DNA of 64,000 bases from NCBI GenBank assembly GCA_965221905.1, contig OZ244922.1:864001-928000 (forward strand). Reading direction: 5' to 3'. This DNA comes from Chloroflexota bacterium. GTDB taxonomy: Bacteria; Chloroflexota; UBA11872; VXOZ01. The notes under the pieces were generated by a model, which had not been told where the DNA came from, made no database searches, and saw only the letters and a list, made by a program, of their open reading frames with translations. The translations under genes and the position numbers were made by a program. Positions 48,025 through 58,583 of this stretch are shown here, piece after piece (positions within the stretch are counted from its first letter, which is position 1; every line of letters starts with the position of its first letter).

Positions 48025-48855
48025 GTGAGAATGCCAATGTACGCTTCCCTTCAGACGGCCAATGAAACGACGCTACCCGGGCCTTTGATGGCCGGTCTGG
48101 GTGATGTCCGCTTACTGCACCCCCCTGGGACCTTCGCCTTGTCACCGGCAAGCCTGATTTCGGTCCAAGCGATAGTGGGAAACCAGGGCCTGCTCAAAGG
48201 CATCGGGCTGGACTGGGGCACTGGTTCCGGGTGTCTGGCGATCACAGCAGCCAGAATTGCCGATGTTTTTCACGTGGCCGGGCTGGACATCTCCGAGACG
48301 AGTGTGGCAATCGCCCGCCAGAACGCCTCGTGCAACGCCGTCAACGACAAGACGTCGTTCTTTGTCTCCAACTCATACTCGCCAGTGGACTGGCGCGTTC
48401 GCCGGGCACTCGATTCCCTGGTGAGGCGTGTGGACTTCGTGCTTGCAAATCCACCTGCCAGCGAACACGACGACGGCTTCGGTTTCCGACGAGAAGTGCT
48501 TAAGGGGGCGCGGAAGTACATGGCAGCGGGTGGCGTTGTATTACTCGGCGGGTCGTCTCGTTATGGCCAGAGGGCTGAGCGACTGTGCGACGAGGTGCCC
48601 GAATTCAGCTACGGCGGGGTTATCTCAAGCACCGGCTGGGTCCCGTTTGATCTTGCCCGACCGGACTACCTGCGATGTCTGCAGCAGTACGCGGCGGAGG
48701 AGGAACGCGGAGGTCTGACCTACCGCTTCCAATGCAACGCTGTTCATGCAGGAGAGCCGATCAACGCACGACGCGCACTCTCGCTCTTCGTTGCAACTGG
48801 TCTAATGCCGTTCATGGATTGGCAGATGCACCTGTTCAAATTCAACCGAGACTAG
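48025..48855 (+). CDS. HemK/MTS-like SAM-dependent methyltransferase
   Basis: LDWGTGSGCLAI, GLDIS and ANPPA. Confidence 0.8.
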   Translation: MRMPMYASLQTANETTLPGPLMAGLGDVRLLHPPGTFALSPASLISVQAIVGNQGLLKGIGLDWGTGSGCLAITAARIADVFHVAGLDISETSVAIARQNASCNAVNDKTSFFVSNSYSPVDWRVRRALDSLVRRVDFVLANPPASEHDDGFGFRREVLKGARKYMAAGGVVLLGGSSRYGQRAERLCDEVPEFSYGGVISSTGWVPFDLARPDYLRCLQQYAAEEERGGLTYRFQCNAVHAGEPINARRALSLFVATGLMPFMDWQMHLFKFNRD

Positions 48856-49604
48856 GCTAAGGTCCGACCAGCATACGCGTCCATCGCCCAAGGGTCACCT
48901 TATTGTTGCCCTGAACTCCGCATAATCCTGGTAACACACCTCAGCCTCCGGGGCGAAACGTCAAACTACTCTGGGCTTACCTTTGACATTTGCACTTCAC
49001 CGGTACACCTCTGCATCTGAACCGAAGTACCCAACCATCGTCGACAAAATCCACTGTCCGGTTCTCTCACGGATGCCAACCGGCGTTTCCCAGGCGCCGC
49101 TTGAATGCTGAGAGACGTATCCCGGTTACAGGACCGTCGGCCATTCTCACCATGGCTTCGCACTTTCCGTACCTGGCGTGGAGTGTGTCACGTCTTGGGC
49201 ATGGCAATGTACAGAAACCTTTCATGTCTCGAGAAGCATCAGCGGAAAGCGAGAGTAGCCTGGCGGAAAGTGTGCGAACCCTCTTTAGGACTGAGGATGC
49301 CGAGAAAGCAACCGAACTCGGGTATGGATGAAGATTCAGCCGGCCAGCGCAAGCGGCTGCGACTCCAACCGGGCTCGGAACGGCGCTCTCTGCCTTGACA
49401 GGGCAGTGCGTTAAACCATTACACGGCGGGGCCGCATGGGGAAAGAAGCTGTGGCTAGGCTGTGCCGAGCGGCTGGAGAGCAGCACCTTGCTGCGATGGG
49501 CTGTGACCGACGACCCGCTCATGCCTGATCAGCGTGACCGGTGTCGTACGATAGCCTCTGCCGGTCACGCGCTTGACCGCCCTGGTCCAGCCAGGCAACG
49601 GCGC

Positions 49605-49633
49605 TTGACAAGCCGCAGGCAGTGGGTTAGATT
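49605..49633 (+). promoter_or_regulatory. Putative sigma70 promoter for the second PhyH gene
   Basis: TTGACA-17 nt-TAGATT. Confidence 0.5.
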
Positions 49634-49725
49634 TGCCGAGACTTTCGGGCAAGAAGAGGGTGACTTGCAGAGAGTTCAATTCAATCTAACTCGCAGCGGA
49701 CGCAGATTGGCCTAAGGAGAGCATT

Positions 49726-50940
49726 GTGAAGGTTGATAGAGACCAGTTTTTGGATCAAGGCTACCTGATTTTCCGCAATCTAATTCCCGCGGACAGACTG
49801 GAATCCATGCGCGCTAGTTGCGAGATTATGCTGGAGCGGCAGAAGGTTAACTGGGCGCGCGAGCGCGGGCCGGACGATCCGCCGGGCGGCGAGTACGAGA
49901 AGGTCCGTCAGCCGCGCGTCATGATGAAGCGTCCAGGTCTCATCGACGCAGAGACGGCCAACGTCGTGGAAGAGTTTTGGGTCGCTGACGAGACCCTGGA
50001 AATAGCTAGTCAGCTCCTTTGCGAACCCGAGCCTTGCATTACCGAAATGATGATGATGTGCAATCCGGTCCGCGACTGGCCGGGCGGCACCGGCTGGCAC
50101 CGGGATATTCACCCCGTCGACATGGCCCCGCTGGATGCGCTCACAGCAGACCTGATAGAGAACGGCCCCCGATATACGCAATGGAACGTGCCCCTATATG
50201 ACGACAGCGTGTTGTGGGTCATTCCCGAAAGCCATCGCAGGCGCAACACCGAGCAGGAAAATGCCGAGTTGCTCAAGGACCGCGCCGCGCCCGTCACTGG
50301 GGGTATTCCGGTGGAGTTGAACGCCGGAGACGGTGTTATCTACATCAACTACCTGAACCACACCGGCAGCAATTACACTACAAAAAAGCGGCGCACCCTC
50401 CACGGCGGCCACGCCATTTACGGAACGTACCCGGAGACCGGCTTTGTTGAAAGTCTGGCTCCTTGGGCCCGTGAGCGGTTTGAATCCTACGCCGCGCGCG
50501 GCGAGCGCATGCAGGACGCCACCGAGGAAGCACTCCGCGCCGTCATCGCAAAGGATGAGCCCGGCTTCCGTGCCGCTTTGGATGCTCTGCAGCCGGGCGC
50601 AGGCCTCCACGGCAGAACTACCCTCACGATCTACTTGTCTAAGACCGCGAAGCAGATTCGCATTTTAAAAGACCCCGATCACGGCCCGCCGGACGATCTC
50701 CATCGGTGGGTTGAGGGCGAGCACGCCATTACCCTGAATTGGGGACCGGACTTCACTGCGCGCTTCACCGCTGAGGAAGCGACGATCCTGTGGAGCCGGT
50801 TCAAGGGTATGGATGCCGCGCTCCAGAGCGACGTGGATGTGTTCGAGCCTGCATTTCAGGCACGGCCCATGCGATACTATTTCAACGAATTGCCGGCCGG
50901 CATCGACACCGAGTCGTTCATAGCCGGTTGGAACGGCTAG
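49726..50940 (+). CDS. PhyH family dioxygenase with C-terminal extension
   Basis: FLDQGYLI, WHRD, LWVIPESHRR and LNAGD....NHTGSNY...RRTLH; RBS AAGGAG. Confidence 0.85.
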   Translation: MKVDRDQFLDQGYLIFRNLIPADRLESMRASCEIMLERQKVNWARERGPDDPPGGEYEKVRQPRVMMKRPGLIDAETANVVEEFWVADETLEIASQLLCEPEPCITEMMMMCNPVRDWPGGTGWHRDIHPVDMAPLDALTADLIENGPRYTQWNVPLYDDSVLWVIPESHRRRNTEQENAELLKDRAAPVTGGIPVELNAGDGVIYINYLNHTGSNYTTKKRRTLHGGHAIYGTYPETGFVESLAPWARERFESYAARGERMQDATEEALRAVIAKDEPGFRAALDALQPGAGLHGRTTLTIYLSKTAKQIRILKDPDHGPPDDLHRWVEGEHAITLNWGPDFTARFTAEEATILWSRFKGMDAALQSDVDVFEPAFQARPMRYYFNELPAGIDTESFIAGWNG

Positions 50941-51223
50941 TTCTGCATATTCCTCGCAAGGCCGGCAGGGCGTGACGATGCTGTGCCCCCTAGAATCGCT
51001 TAGGTGACCAATTGGATTTATCAGATGTGCTCGCCAAAGGGCTTGGTTCGCCAGTGCGCAAATGCCGGGCGATCTCTCGCAGGATACAGGCGTTGTTCCA
51101 ATAACCTCCTGCAGGCGGTCTCAGTGCATTTTTGAGGCAATGCCTATGTATACTTAAAGGTGTTCGTTGCACGAAGAAGCTTATATAGGAATCTATTTTG
51201 GCATCTCAAAGAGGAGGACATCA

Positions 51224-52867
51224 GTGCTTAGCCAGATACGACGTGGTATTGCGGTTTTGGTAGCTACAGCGGCGCTCTTGGTCGCTGTTTCCTGTAGTGT
51301 GCAAGTTATTCAGCCCCCTCCCGATCCCGCAACCTCGCCCGCGGAATACACGCAGTATTTTGTGAATCAGGCGATAGCCTACTACAAAGCCCACGGGCTT
51401 CAAGCGACCATTGATTTCTACAACTCGATGGAGAGTGTGGATGGCGAGTGGTACGTCTTCATCGGTGATGAGAACGACGTGATGATTGCGCACCCGACCG
51501 TGCCGCAGAACCGTGGGCAGCGCTTCCAGGACCTTCTCGGTCCAGATGGCTATCCCGCGGGAGCACTGATCGCCGGTGCTGCTACCGAGGAGGGGGCCTG
51601 GGTTGACTATACGTACTTGAATCCGGCGGCGGAGTCGATCCAGTGGAAACACACGTGGACGATCAGGTATGACGGGCTAATCTTTTCCTCCGGCTGGTAT
51701 GAAGAAGGCGCGTCGAAGTCAGATCCGGCGGCGTACACACAAGCCTTCGTAGAGCTGGCTATTCGGCTCTATGACGCGATAGGGCTTGAAGACACGGTAG
51801 CGTTCTACAATACGCCGGAGAGTATTGATGGAGCGTGGTACGTCTTCATCGGTGACGAGAACGTTGTCGTGCTTGCGCATGCGGCTGTTCCGAAGAACGT
51901 TGGGCTACGCTTTGTTGAGATTCTGGGGCCGGGCGGCTATCCTGCCGGCGCGCAGGTCGCAGCAGCGGCCGTTGAAGGGGGTTCGTGGACAGAATACATG
52001 TACATTAACCCGGCGGCAGGTGCGTTCCAGTCCAAACATTCATGGGTGGTGCGGTACGAGGGACTTATCTTTGGCTCCGGCTGGTGTGAAGCAGGTCCGT
52101 CGAAGTCTGATCCAGCCGCGTATACACAGGCATTCATCGATCAAGCGATACGGCTGTATGACGCGGTCGGACGCGAAGCCACGTTTGCCTACTACAACAC
52201 GCCGGAGAGCGTAGATGGTGACTGGTATGTCTTCATTGTCGATGAGAACGACAACACCGTGGTGCATCCCACTCGTCCCGAACTTATTGGCAGCTCTCCC
52301 AAACAACGCGTTGATGTTCGCGGCAAAGAGTATGGCCTTGAGCTCGTCGAGGCTACAGAGGACGGTACTTGGGTGGACTACTACTTCTTGAACCCGTCCA
52401 CCGGCTATGAAGAGCAAAAGCATGCCTGGGCGGTTAGGCACGACGGGCTAATCTTCGTCTCCGGCTGGTACGAGCGAGCCGAAGCAGAAGACGACGCTAC
52501 GTACACCCAGTCATTCGTGCACCGCGCAATCCAACGCTACGACGCCCAAGGGCGTGAGGCTGCGTTCGAGTACTTCAAGTCCCCGCAGAGCGTGCAGGGT
52601 CAGTGGTACGTCTTCGTCCTGGATGAGAACCAGGTCACCATCGCGCATCCCAATCCCGAACACATCGGCCGCACCAGGGAGCAGCGCATCGATACACGAG
52701 GCTTTGATTACGGCGCGGAGTTCCTGACTACGACCGAGGAAGGCAAGTGGATAGACTACGTATTCCTGAACCCGGAGAGCGAAAAAGAGACGTTGAAGCA
52801 TACGTGGCTTGTCCGTCATGATGGACTATTCTTCGGCTCGGGCTGGTATGAGGAGGCGGGGGAGTAG
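51224..52867 (+). CDS. Lipoprotein with four tandem Cache-like domains
   Basis: GTG follows GAGGAGG; signal peptide with lipobox LVAVSC; four repeats of YTQ.FV..AI..Y...S.DG.WYVFI...HP...W.DY..LNP...KH.W..R.DGL.F.SGW.E. Confidence 0.88.
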   Translation: MLSQIRRGIAVLVATAALLVAVSCSVQVIQPPPDPATSPAEYTQYFVNQAIAYYKAHGLQATIDFYNSMESVDGEWYVFIGDENDVMIAHPTVPQNRGQRFQDLLGPDGYPAGALIAGAATEEGAWVDYTYLNPAAESIQWKHTWTIRYDGLIFSSGWYEEGASKSDPAAYTQAFVELAIRLYDAIGLEDTVAFYNTPESIDGAWYVFIGDENVVVLAHAAVPKNVGLRFVEILGPGGYPAGAQVAAAAVEGGSWTEYMYINPAAGAFQSKHSWVVRYEGLIFGSGWCEAGPSKSDPAAYTQAFIDQAIRLYDAVGREATFAYYNTPESVDGDWYVFIVDENDNTVVHPTRPELIGSSPKQRVDVRGKEYGLELVEATEDGTWVDYYFLNPSTGYEEQKHAWAVRHDGLIFVSGWYERAEAEDDATYTQSFVHRAIQRYDAQGREAAFEYFKSPQSVQGQWYVFVLDENQVTIAHPNPEHIGRTREQRIDTRGFDYGAEFLTTTEEGKWIDYVFLNPESEKETLKHTWLVRHDGLFFGSGWYEEAGE

Positions 52868-52872
52868 CGCTG

Positions 52873-52898
52873 AACACTGCATGGCGCCATGCAGTGTT
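52873..52898. terminator. Perfect 26-bp palindrome just after the Cache gene, a possible terminator or stabiliser
   Basis: AACACTGCATGGCGCCATGCAGTGTT; no clear U-tract. Confidence 0.5.
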
Positions 52899-53278
52899 GA
52901 TGTGGAAGTTGACCAAGGCGGCGGCAGTACACTTGCCGGCCGCCTTGGTTGTTTTGCCCTGCCCATGCGGAAGCATGTGGGGCGTCATACACGACCGTCC
53001 AGAGCCTCTCAGTACCTCCGGTTGCGAGTGTGTTTACCGGGCGCGCGTGCATCGTTGAGTCGCCCATGAAAACTGCCCGGCTACCGCGACAATATATTTG
53101 GCGCTAAATTTCCCGGCTTGCCGCAACGCTGCTAGGGGCAAGCGTACGCTGCCTTCGCTATAATGTGACCCAAATAATCTGTCCCATGACGGCTACGAGG
53201 TGGGTGGCTGGATCAAGGGCATGGACGGGGCAGTACCATTGGTGTGAATGAAGCGGCCGCAATTGCGGCGGAAGGGTA

Positions 53279-54559
53279 GTGCTGATGGCTGACGGGCTGC
53301 TGGCCGGGATAGGGCGCGCGACGATTACGCCGCCGTTAGGAACATGGCTGTGTGGGTTTGCCGGGCGAGAGCACGGCTGCGACGCAGTCCTCGACGACCT
53401 TTACGCGACAACTCTCGTGCTCGCTAACGATGAGACCTCCATAGCGATTATTACCTGCGACGTCTGCGGCCTGCCAACTCAGCAAGTCGTGGCCTTGCGT
53501 GCACTAATTGCAGAGCGTACGGGCATTAACCCTGCCAACGTCCTCATCAACACGTCCCATACGCATTCAGGGCCATTTACGAGCATCCGGGACGACATGC
53601 TCGCTCACGAGCGGGCGTATTGCACCACGCTGATTCACGCTATTGCCGGTACGGTGGAACTAGCACAGCAAAGTCTGGAGGCGTGCCGCATAACGCACGG
53701 GGCTGGCAGTGTGGCGGTGAACGTGAATCGGCGCCTCCTCAGCGAGGCCGGCTGGGCAGGCATGGGCGAGAACCTGGGCGGCGCTATCGATAGGACGGTG
53801 CAGCTACTGCGCGTAGATACGTCGGAGGGTGAGCCGCTTGCTGCCCTCGTACACTACGCGTGTCATCCGGTGGTGATACAACCGCCCAGCGTTGCCGTTT
53901 CCGCGGACTTCGTGGGCGTGGCGCGCGGCCTCTTTGAAGCAGCGAGCGGCGCCACGATGCTCTTTCTTCAAGGCGCGTGCGGCAATATCAATCCCATCGG
54001 GCAACGCGCCGAGATCGACATGCGGGAGCGTCTCTGGGGCGTGGGCAGCGCGCTGGGCGCAGAGGCGCTGAAAGTGTATTCGCTCAACGGACTGCACATG
54101 GACTTCGCCGAGGGGGAACCACTCGCTCCCACACTCGGAGCGGCGCAGGAGACGCTGACGCTCGATCTACATACACCCAACGAGCCGCCGGCAGCGTTAA
54201 GTGGGCGTACCCCTGCGCTGCGCTACTGGACGCCGCCGCTCGTAGACGGCGGTAGAGTGGAATTCGAAGTGCAGGCGCTCCGCATCGGCGACGTGGCCTT
54301 GGTCGGTGGCGCCGGTGAGGTTTTCATCGAGATCGCGCAAGCGGTGCAGGAACGCTCGCCGTTTGCCCATACCATGTATCTGGGCTACACGAACGGCGAC
54401 GTCGGCTACATCCCCACCGCTGCCGCCTATCCCGAAGGCGGCTACGAGGTCGATAGCGCCCACTTCCACTACAATCTCCCCGCCGCCGTAGCCCCAGACA
54501 GCGCCGGTCGGGTCGTGGACACCAGCGTAGCGCTGCTGGAATCGCTTCACGAAGGCTAG
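53279..54559 (+). CDS. Neutral/alkaline ceramidase-like amidohydrolase
   Basis: ITPP, SHTHSGP, YACHP, SADF, FLQGACGNINP and GYIPT..AY.EGGYE. Confidence 0.88.
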   Translation: MLMADGLLAGIGRATITPPLGTWLCGFAGREHGCDAVLDDLYATTLVLANDETSIAIITCDVCGLPTQQVVALRALIAERTGINPANVLINTSHTHSGPFTSIRDDMLAHERAYCTTLIHAIAGTVELAQQSLEACRITHGAGSVAVNVNRRLLSEAGWAGMGENLGGAIDRTVQLLRVDTSEGEPLAALVHYACHPVVIQPPSVAVSADFVGVARGLFEAASGATMLFLQGACGNINPIGQRAEIDMRERLWGVGSALGAEALKVYSLNGLHMDFAEGEPLAPTLGAAQETLTLDLHTPNEPPAALSGRTPALRYWTPPLVDGGRVEFEVQALRIGDVALVGGAGEVFIEIAQAVQERSPFAHTMYLGYTNGDVGYIPTAAAYPEGGYEVDSAHFHYNLPAAVAPDSAGRVVDTSVALLESLHEG

Positions 54560-54611
54560 CGGTTGGTCTGGCTTGTAGGGACCACTTTGAGACGAATGCA
54601 AGAGGTAAACC

Positions 54612-55439
54612 ATGTTCTCACTTGGGGTAATGACCGATGAAGTCTCGCAGGACTTTGCGCATGCGCTCGACGTGATCGAGGAGTTCGGTGTGCGCACCGT
54701 CGAGTTGCATAGCATGTGGGACAAGAATATCTGCGACCTGGACAGCCACGAGCTGACGCAGGTATTGCGCATGGTGCGGCAGCGGGGCTTTGCCGTGTGC
54801 GACATTGCTTCGCTCTTCTTGCGCTGTCCCATCGACGACCTAGACGCCTACAACGAGCACATTAGAATTCTGGAGCGTTCCATCCAGATTGCGCCACTCT
54901 TCGATTGCCAACTTGTGCGCTGCTTCTCGTTCTGGCGCGAGGACGATCTTGAAACCCACTGGGACACCATCCTCGAACGTCTTGAGTTGCCGGTGCGCAT
55001 GGCGGAGTCCGCGGGCGTGACGCTGGCGTTCGAAAACGTGCGCTCGTGCAACATCGGTACGGGCGCGGAGACTGCGCGCTTGATGGAGACAGTCGACTCG
55101 CCGAATATGCGCGTGATCTGGGACCCGGGGAATGCGTACGTCTCCGGTGAGGCGCGGCCCTATCCGGACGGCTACGAGGTGGTGAAGCCTTGGATCGTGC
55201 ACGTGCACGTCAAGGATGCGGTGCTGGGCCCCGACGGCAGTTCTGTGTGGAAGCCCATAGGCGCGGGTAAGGTGGACTATGCGGGGCAACTCAAGGCGCT
55301 GGCAGATGACGGTTACGAAGGCGTGGTCTCGCTGGAGACCCACTACAAGCCGGAAAACGGCACGCCCGAGCAGGGCAGCCGGGAGTCGTTTGCCGGCCTG
55401 CAGGCGATCTTGTCCGAGCAGGGGATCGTGCCCAGCTAA
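54612..55439 (+). CDS. Sugar phosphate isomerase/epimerase (AP2Ec TIM barrel)
   Basis: LAFEN, WDPGN, HVHVKD and SLETH. Confidence 0.9.
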   Translation: MFSLGVMTDEVSQDFAHALDVIEEFGVRTVELHSMWDKNICDLDSHELTQVLRMVRQRGFAVCDIASLFLRCPIDDLDAYNEHIRILERSIQIAPLFDCQLVRCFSFWREDDLETHWDTILERLELPVRMAESAGVTLAFENVRSCNIGTGAETARLMETVDSPNMRVIWDPGNAYVSGEARPYPDGYEVVKPWIVHVHVKDAVLGPDGSSVWKPIGAGKVDYAGQLKALADDGYEGVVSLETHYKPENGTPEQGSRESFAGLQAILSEQGIVPS

Positions 55440-55489
55440 TGGTTCGGCATTCTTGACTCAAGCAGTTCCCCTCACCCTAGCCCTCTCCC

Positions 55490-56754
55490 TGTACAGACTG
55501 GGGAGATAGGTAACAGATGTTCGGGGACATAGGTTACACATTTTGTTCATTGAGGTCTAGGGTTTTTATGCGTTGGACGGAGAAGTAAACGTCCCATACG
55601 CCGTCGGTTTGGGTGGGTCTGAGCGCGACCCGCTTATGCGTGAAGGCCTTCCCCACACGCAGTGGTCTGCCCTGGAAAGAGATGCGACCGGAGACATCCA
55701 CAGAACGCACGTGGTCGTCGGGGGCGTAGTCGATGGCGGGTAGGGTCTCGGGGAAAGTTTTACCACTGGGTGTGTATCGGCTGACCGGGGTGTCGAGGTC
55801 GAGGGCATAGTGTGGGCGCTCCAAGTTGTAGAAGTCACGCCAGGTGTCGAAGGCACGTTGGCAGTGGGGGAGGTCGGTGAAGGTGCGGCCTGTAAGCAAC
55901 TCGCTCTTGAGCGAGCGGTGGAAGCGTTCCAGCTTGCCGAGTGTTTGGGGATGGTACGGTCTGCTGTGGTGCACGCTGATGCCCAGTTGCATGAGCCAGA
56001 CGGTGAGGGGAGTAAAGGGATGAGCGCTGTCGCTACCCCAGGGGGAGCCGTTTTCTATCAGCATGGCCTGAGGCAAGCCGTAACGCCGAAAGACGTGGGT
56101 GAGGCGGTCTTGGACCGTGTTTCCCTGCTCGTTGGCACAGGCCCGCAGCGCCAGGTTGAAGCGAGAGTGATCGTCCAGGAGGGTGAACGGATGGCAGCGG
56201 TGGTGTTGCACGGCAATGTGTCCCTTGAAGTCCATCTGCCACAGCTCGTTGGGTTCGGCACGCTCAAAGCGCACATAGGGTGTGTGCTTGGCAGCCTCGG
56301 ATTCATCGATGAGCCCATGTCGTCTGAGAATGGCAGTGATCGTGCTCTTGGCAGGCACGCCCGTATAGCCGCGATCCTGCAACATCCTGGCCAGCACATG
56401 CGCACCCTTGGTCGGATGCGCCTGGCGCAACGCTACGACAAGCTCCTCCATCTCCCGGCTCGTCTGTTGCGGACTGGAGTGCGGGCGCCTGGGCAGATCG
56501 TGAAGGCTCTGCCCTCCGGCCTGCGCGTACCGCCGCAGCCACTTGTAGCCGGTCTTGCGGCTGATTTCCATGCGACGACACAACTCGCTCATGTTCACTC
56601 CGTCAGATTGTGCCAGAGCAATAAACTCTTTGCGCAAAGACATGGGTGTACCCACTTTCCAAGGCATGGTCCTCCTCCATCTAAAAGATTCTCCATGCCT
56701 TATGGTGTAACCTATGTCCCCGAACATGTGTAACCTATGTCCCCGGTCTATACA
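55490..56754 (-). mobile_element. Complete IS481-family insertion sequence (1265 bp)
   Basis: TGT...ACA ends; about 50-bp imperfect IRs (TGTACAGACTGGGGAGATAGGTAACAGATGTTCGGGGACATAGGTTACAC); 5-bp TSD CTCCC at 55485-55489 and 56755-56759. Confidence 0.95.
55534..56667 (-). CDS. IS481 family DDE transposase; second catalytic Asp appears as Glu
   Basis: MPWK start follows GGAGGAGG; HTH ISRKTGYKW; WQMDFKG, DDHSR, IENGSPW and QTLGKLERFHR. Confidence 0.93.
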   Translation of the reverse strand: MPWKVGTPMSLRKEFIALAQSDGVNMSELCRRMEISRKTGYKWLRRYAQAGGQSLHDLPRRPHSSPQQTSREMEELVVALRQAHPTKGAHVLARMLQDRGYTGVPAKSTITAILRRHGLIDESEAAKHTPYVRFERAEPNELWQMDFKGHIAVQHHRCHPFTLLDDHSRFNLALRACANEQGNTVQDRLTHVFRRYGLPQAMLIENGSPWGSDSAHPFTPLTVWLMQLGISVHHSRPYHPQTLGKLERFHRSLKSELLTGRTFTDLPHCQRAFDTWRDFYNLERPHYALDLDTPVSRYTPSGKTFPETLPAIDYAPDDHVRSVDVSGRISFQGRPLRVGKAFTHKRVALRPTQTDGVWDVYFSVQRIKTLDLNEQNV

Positions 56755-57030
56755 CTCCCCGAGGAGAGGGAACCGGAGACGCCAATGGAGCGTTATGGCG
56801 CGGTTGGTTTATCCCTGCCAACCAAACGCTCAGTCTCTACTTGCCCGTCGTCGCGCGGGGGGCTTGTCCCCCGCTTCCCCGTGTCGGGGCACAGGGCAGT
56901 CTTGGCGAGAAGAGGAAACACCAATTCAGGCTATGTGCTTAGACATAATGTCGTAGACGAACGAACGAAGACAGCACGTATTCGTTACAATGAGAGCGTG
57001 TAGCTTCTGAAACTCAATGGAGAGCGCGCC

Positions 57031-58425
57031 ATGAGCACGACTGTCGGGTCATCCAGTCTAACACTTGATGAACAGTTCACGCGGCAGTTTGCCGGGTCCG
57101 CCGCGCGCTTCCAAGAAGCTGTCAACGTATTTCCGAATGGCGCGACCCATGATGGCCGCGCCCAGAAACCCTTTCCGCTCTATATCGAACGGGCGCAGGG
57201 CGCGCATAAATGGGACTTCGACGGCAATTGCTTCATCGATTTTCTCGTCGGCCACGGCGCATTGCTCTTAGGGCACGGCCATCCCAAGATCGTCGAGGCC
57301 GTGACTGCACAGATGCAGCGCGGCACGCATTACGGGGCGGCACACGAAGGCGAGGTCGCATGGGGCCGCTTGGTGCAGCGGCTTGTGCCCTCCGCCGAGC
57401 GCGTGCGCTTCACGAGCTCGGGAACCGAGGCCACATTGATGGCCCTGCGGCTGGCGCGCGTGTATACCGGCAAGAGTAAGATCATCAAGTTTGAGCACCA
57501 CTTCCACGGCTGGCACGATTACGTCGTGGTGGAAGCCCCGCCGGAACCGCCCCCTGCAGGAGTCCCGGCTGGCACGGCTGACTCAATGCTTGTGCTCCCG
57601 GTGCACGACCTCGACCGTCTTGAATCCGTCTTGCGGGATGACCCCGATATTGCCGCCGTCATTATGGAGCCCACCGGCGCTGGGTACTCCTCGTATCCGC
57701 TCGACCCTGATACTCTTGCTGCCGTGCGCAAACTTACGCTCGACTACGGCGTGCTGCTCATCATGGACGAAGTAATCACCGGTTTTCGCTGTTCGCCAGG
57801 TGGGGCGCAAGCGGCCACCGGTGTGATTCCTGATGTCACGACACTGGCTAAGATCCTTGCCGGCGGTCTGCCCGGCGGCGCCGTGGCGGGACGTGCCGAC
57901 ATCATGGCCCACCTCGAATATCGTGATGAACCGGAGTGGAACTCCCGCAAGAAGGTCCGCCACCAGGGCACGTTCAATGCCAACCCGCTTTCGGCCTCCG
58001 CCGGCGCAACCGCGTTGGCCATCGTGGCCGAAGGTTGGCCCGCTCGCCACGTGAATGATCTGGCGGCCATGCTACGGGAAGAATTCAACCAGGTCATGGA
58101 CGCACATGGCCTAACCGGCTGCGTCTACGGCACGTACTCGATGTTTCATATCCTGCTCTATAATCCCCAAAATCCTCACGAGAAGATTCGCCTCGCGGAT
58201 TTTGGCTCGGCAGAGGGGCCGACATTTAGCGCTATGCGGGACGCCGATCCGGCGATTTACGGCAAAATGAAGCGCGGCTTGCAGGTCAACGGCGTCGATC
58301 TTATGGGGGACGGCGGCATGCTCTCTACTGCCCACACCGAGGAAGACGTGCGCGAGGCTGCCGCGGCTTTCGACCGCACTATCGGCCTTCTGAAACAAGA
58401 GGGTGTGATCCCCGGTGTGCGCTAG
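57031..58425 (+). CDS. Class III PLP aminotransferase (GSA aminomutase-like)
   Basis: FTSSGTEAT, HFHGWHD, MDEVITGFR, LAKILAGGLPGG and HQGTFNANP. Confidence 0.92.
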   Translation: MSTTVGSSSLTLDEQFTRQFAGSAARFQEAVNVFPNGATHDGRAQKPFPLYIERAQGAHKWDFDGNCFIDFLVGHGALLLGHGHPKIVEAVTAQMQRGTHYGAAHEGEVAWGRLVQRLVPSAERVRFTSSGTEATLMALRLARVYTGKSKIIKFEHHFHGWHDYVVVEAPPEPPPAGVPAGTADSMLVLPVHDLDRLESVLRDDPDIAAVIMEPTGAGYSSYPLDPDTLAAVRKLTLDYGVLLIMDEVITGFRCSPGGAQAATGVIPDVTTLAKILAGGLPGGAVAGRADIMAHLEYRDEPEWNSRKKVRHQGTFNANPLSASAGATALAIVAEGWPARHVNDLAAMLREEFNQVMDAHGLTGCVYGTYSMFHILLYNPQNPHEKIRLADFGSAEGPTFSAMRDADPAIYGKMKRGLQVNGVDLMGDGGMLSTAHTEEDVREAAAAFDRTIGLLKQEGVIPGVR

Positions 58426-58583
58426 GTCGAGGGTAGATAAGGGTTTTGCAGCCTGCATAGGGCTTCGACGGCACGAGTGACCCGCTGCATGTAGGTTTGG
58501 ATGGATTCCCTTTCCTTCAAGCGAGCCAAATGCATTTTGAGCGGAAAGACAAGACCAATAGGAAAGGGTGAGAGCGCACTGAC

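Noticed and set aside
48856-49600. Short ORFs in the long intergenic gap
   Set aside because: No recognisable motifs, RBS or typical codon pattern; likely spurious or decayed DNA.
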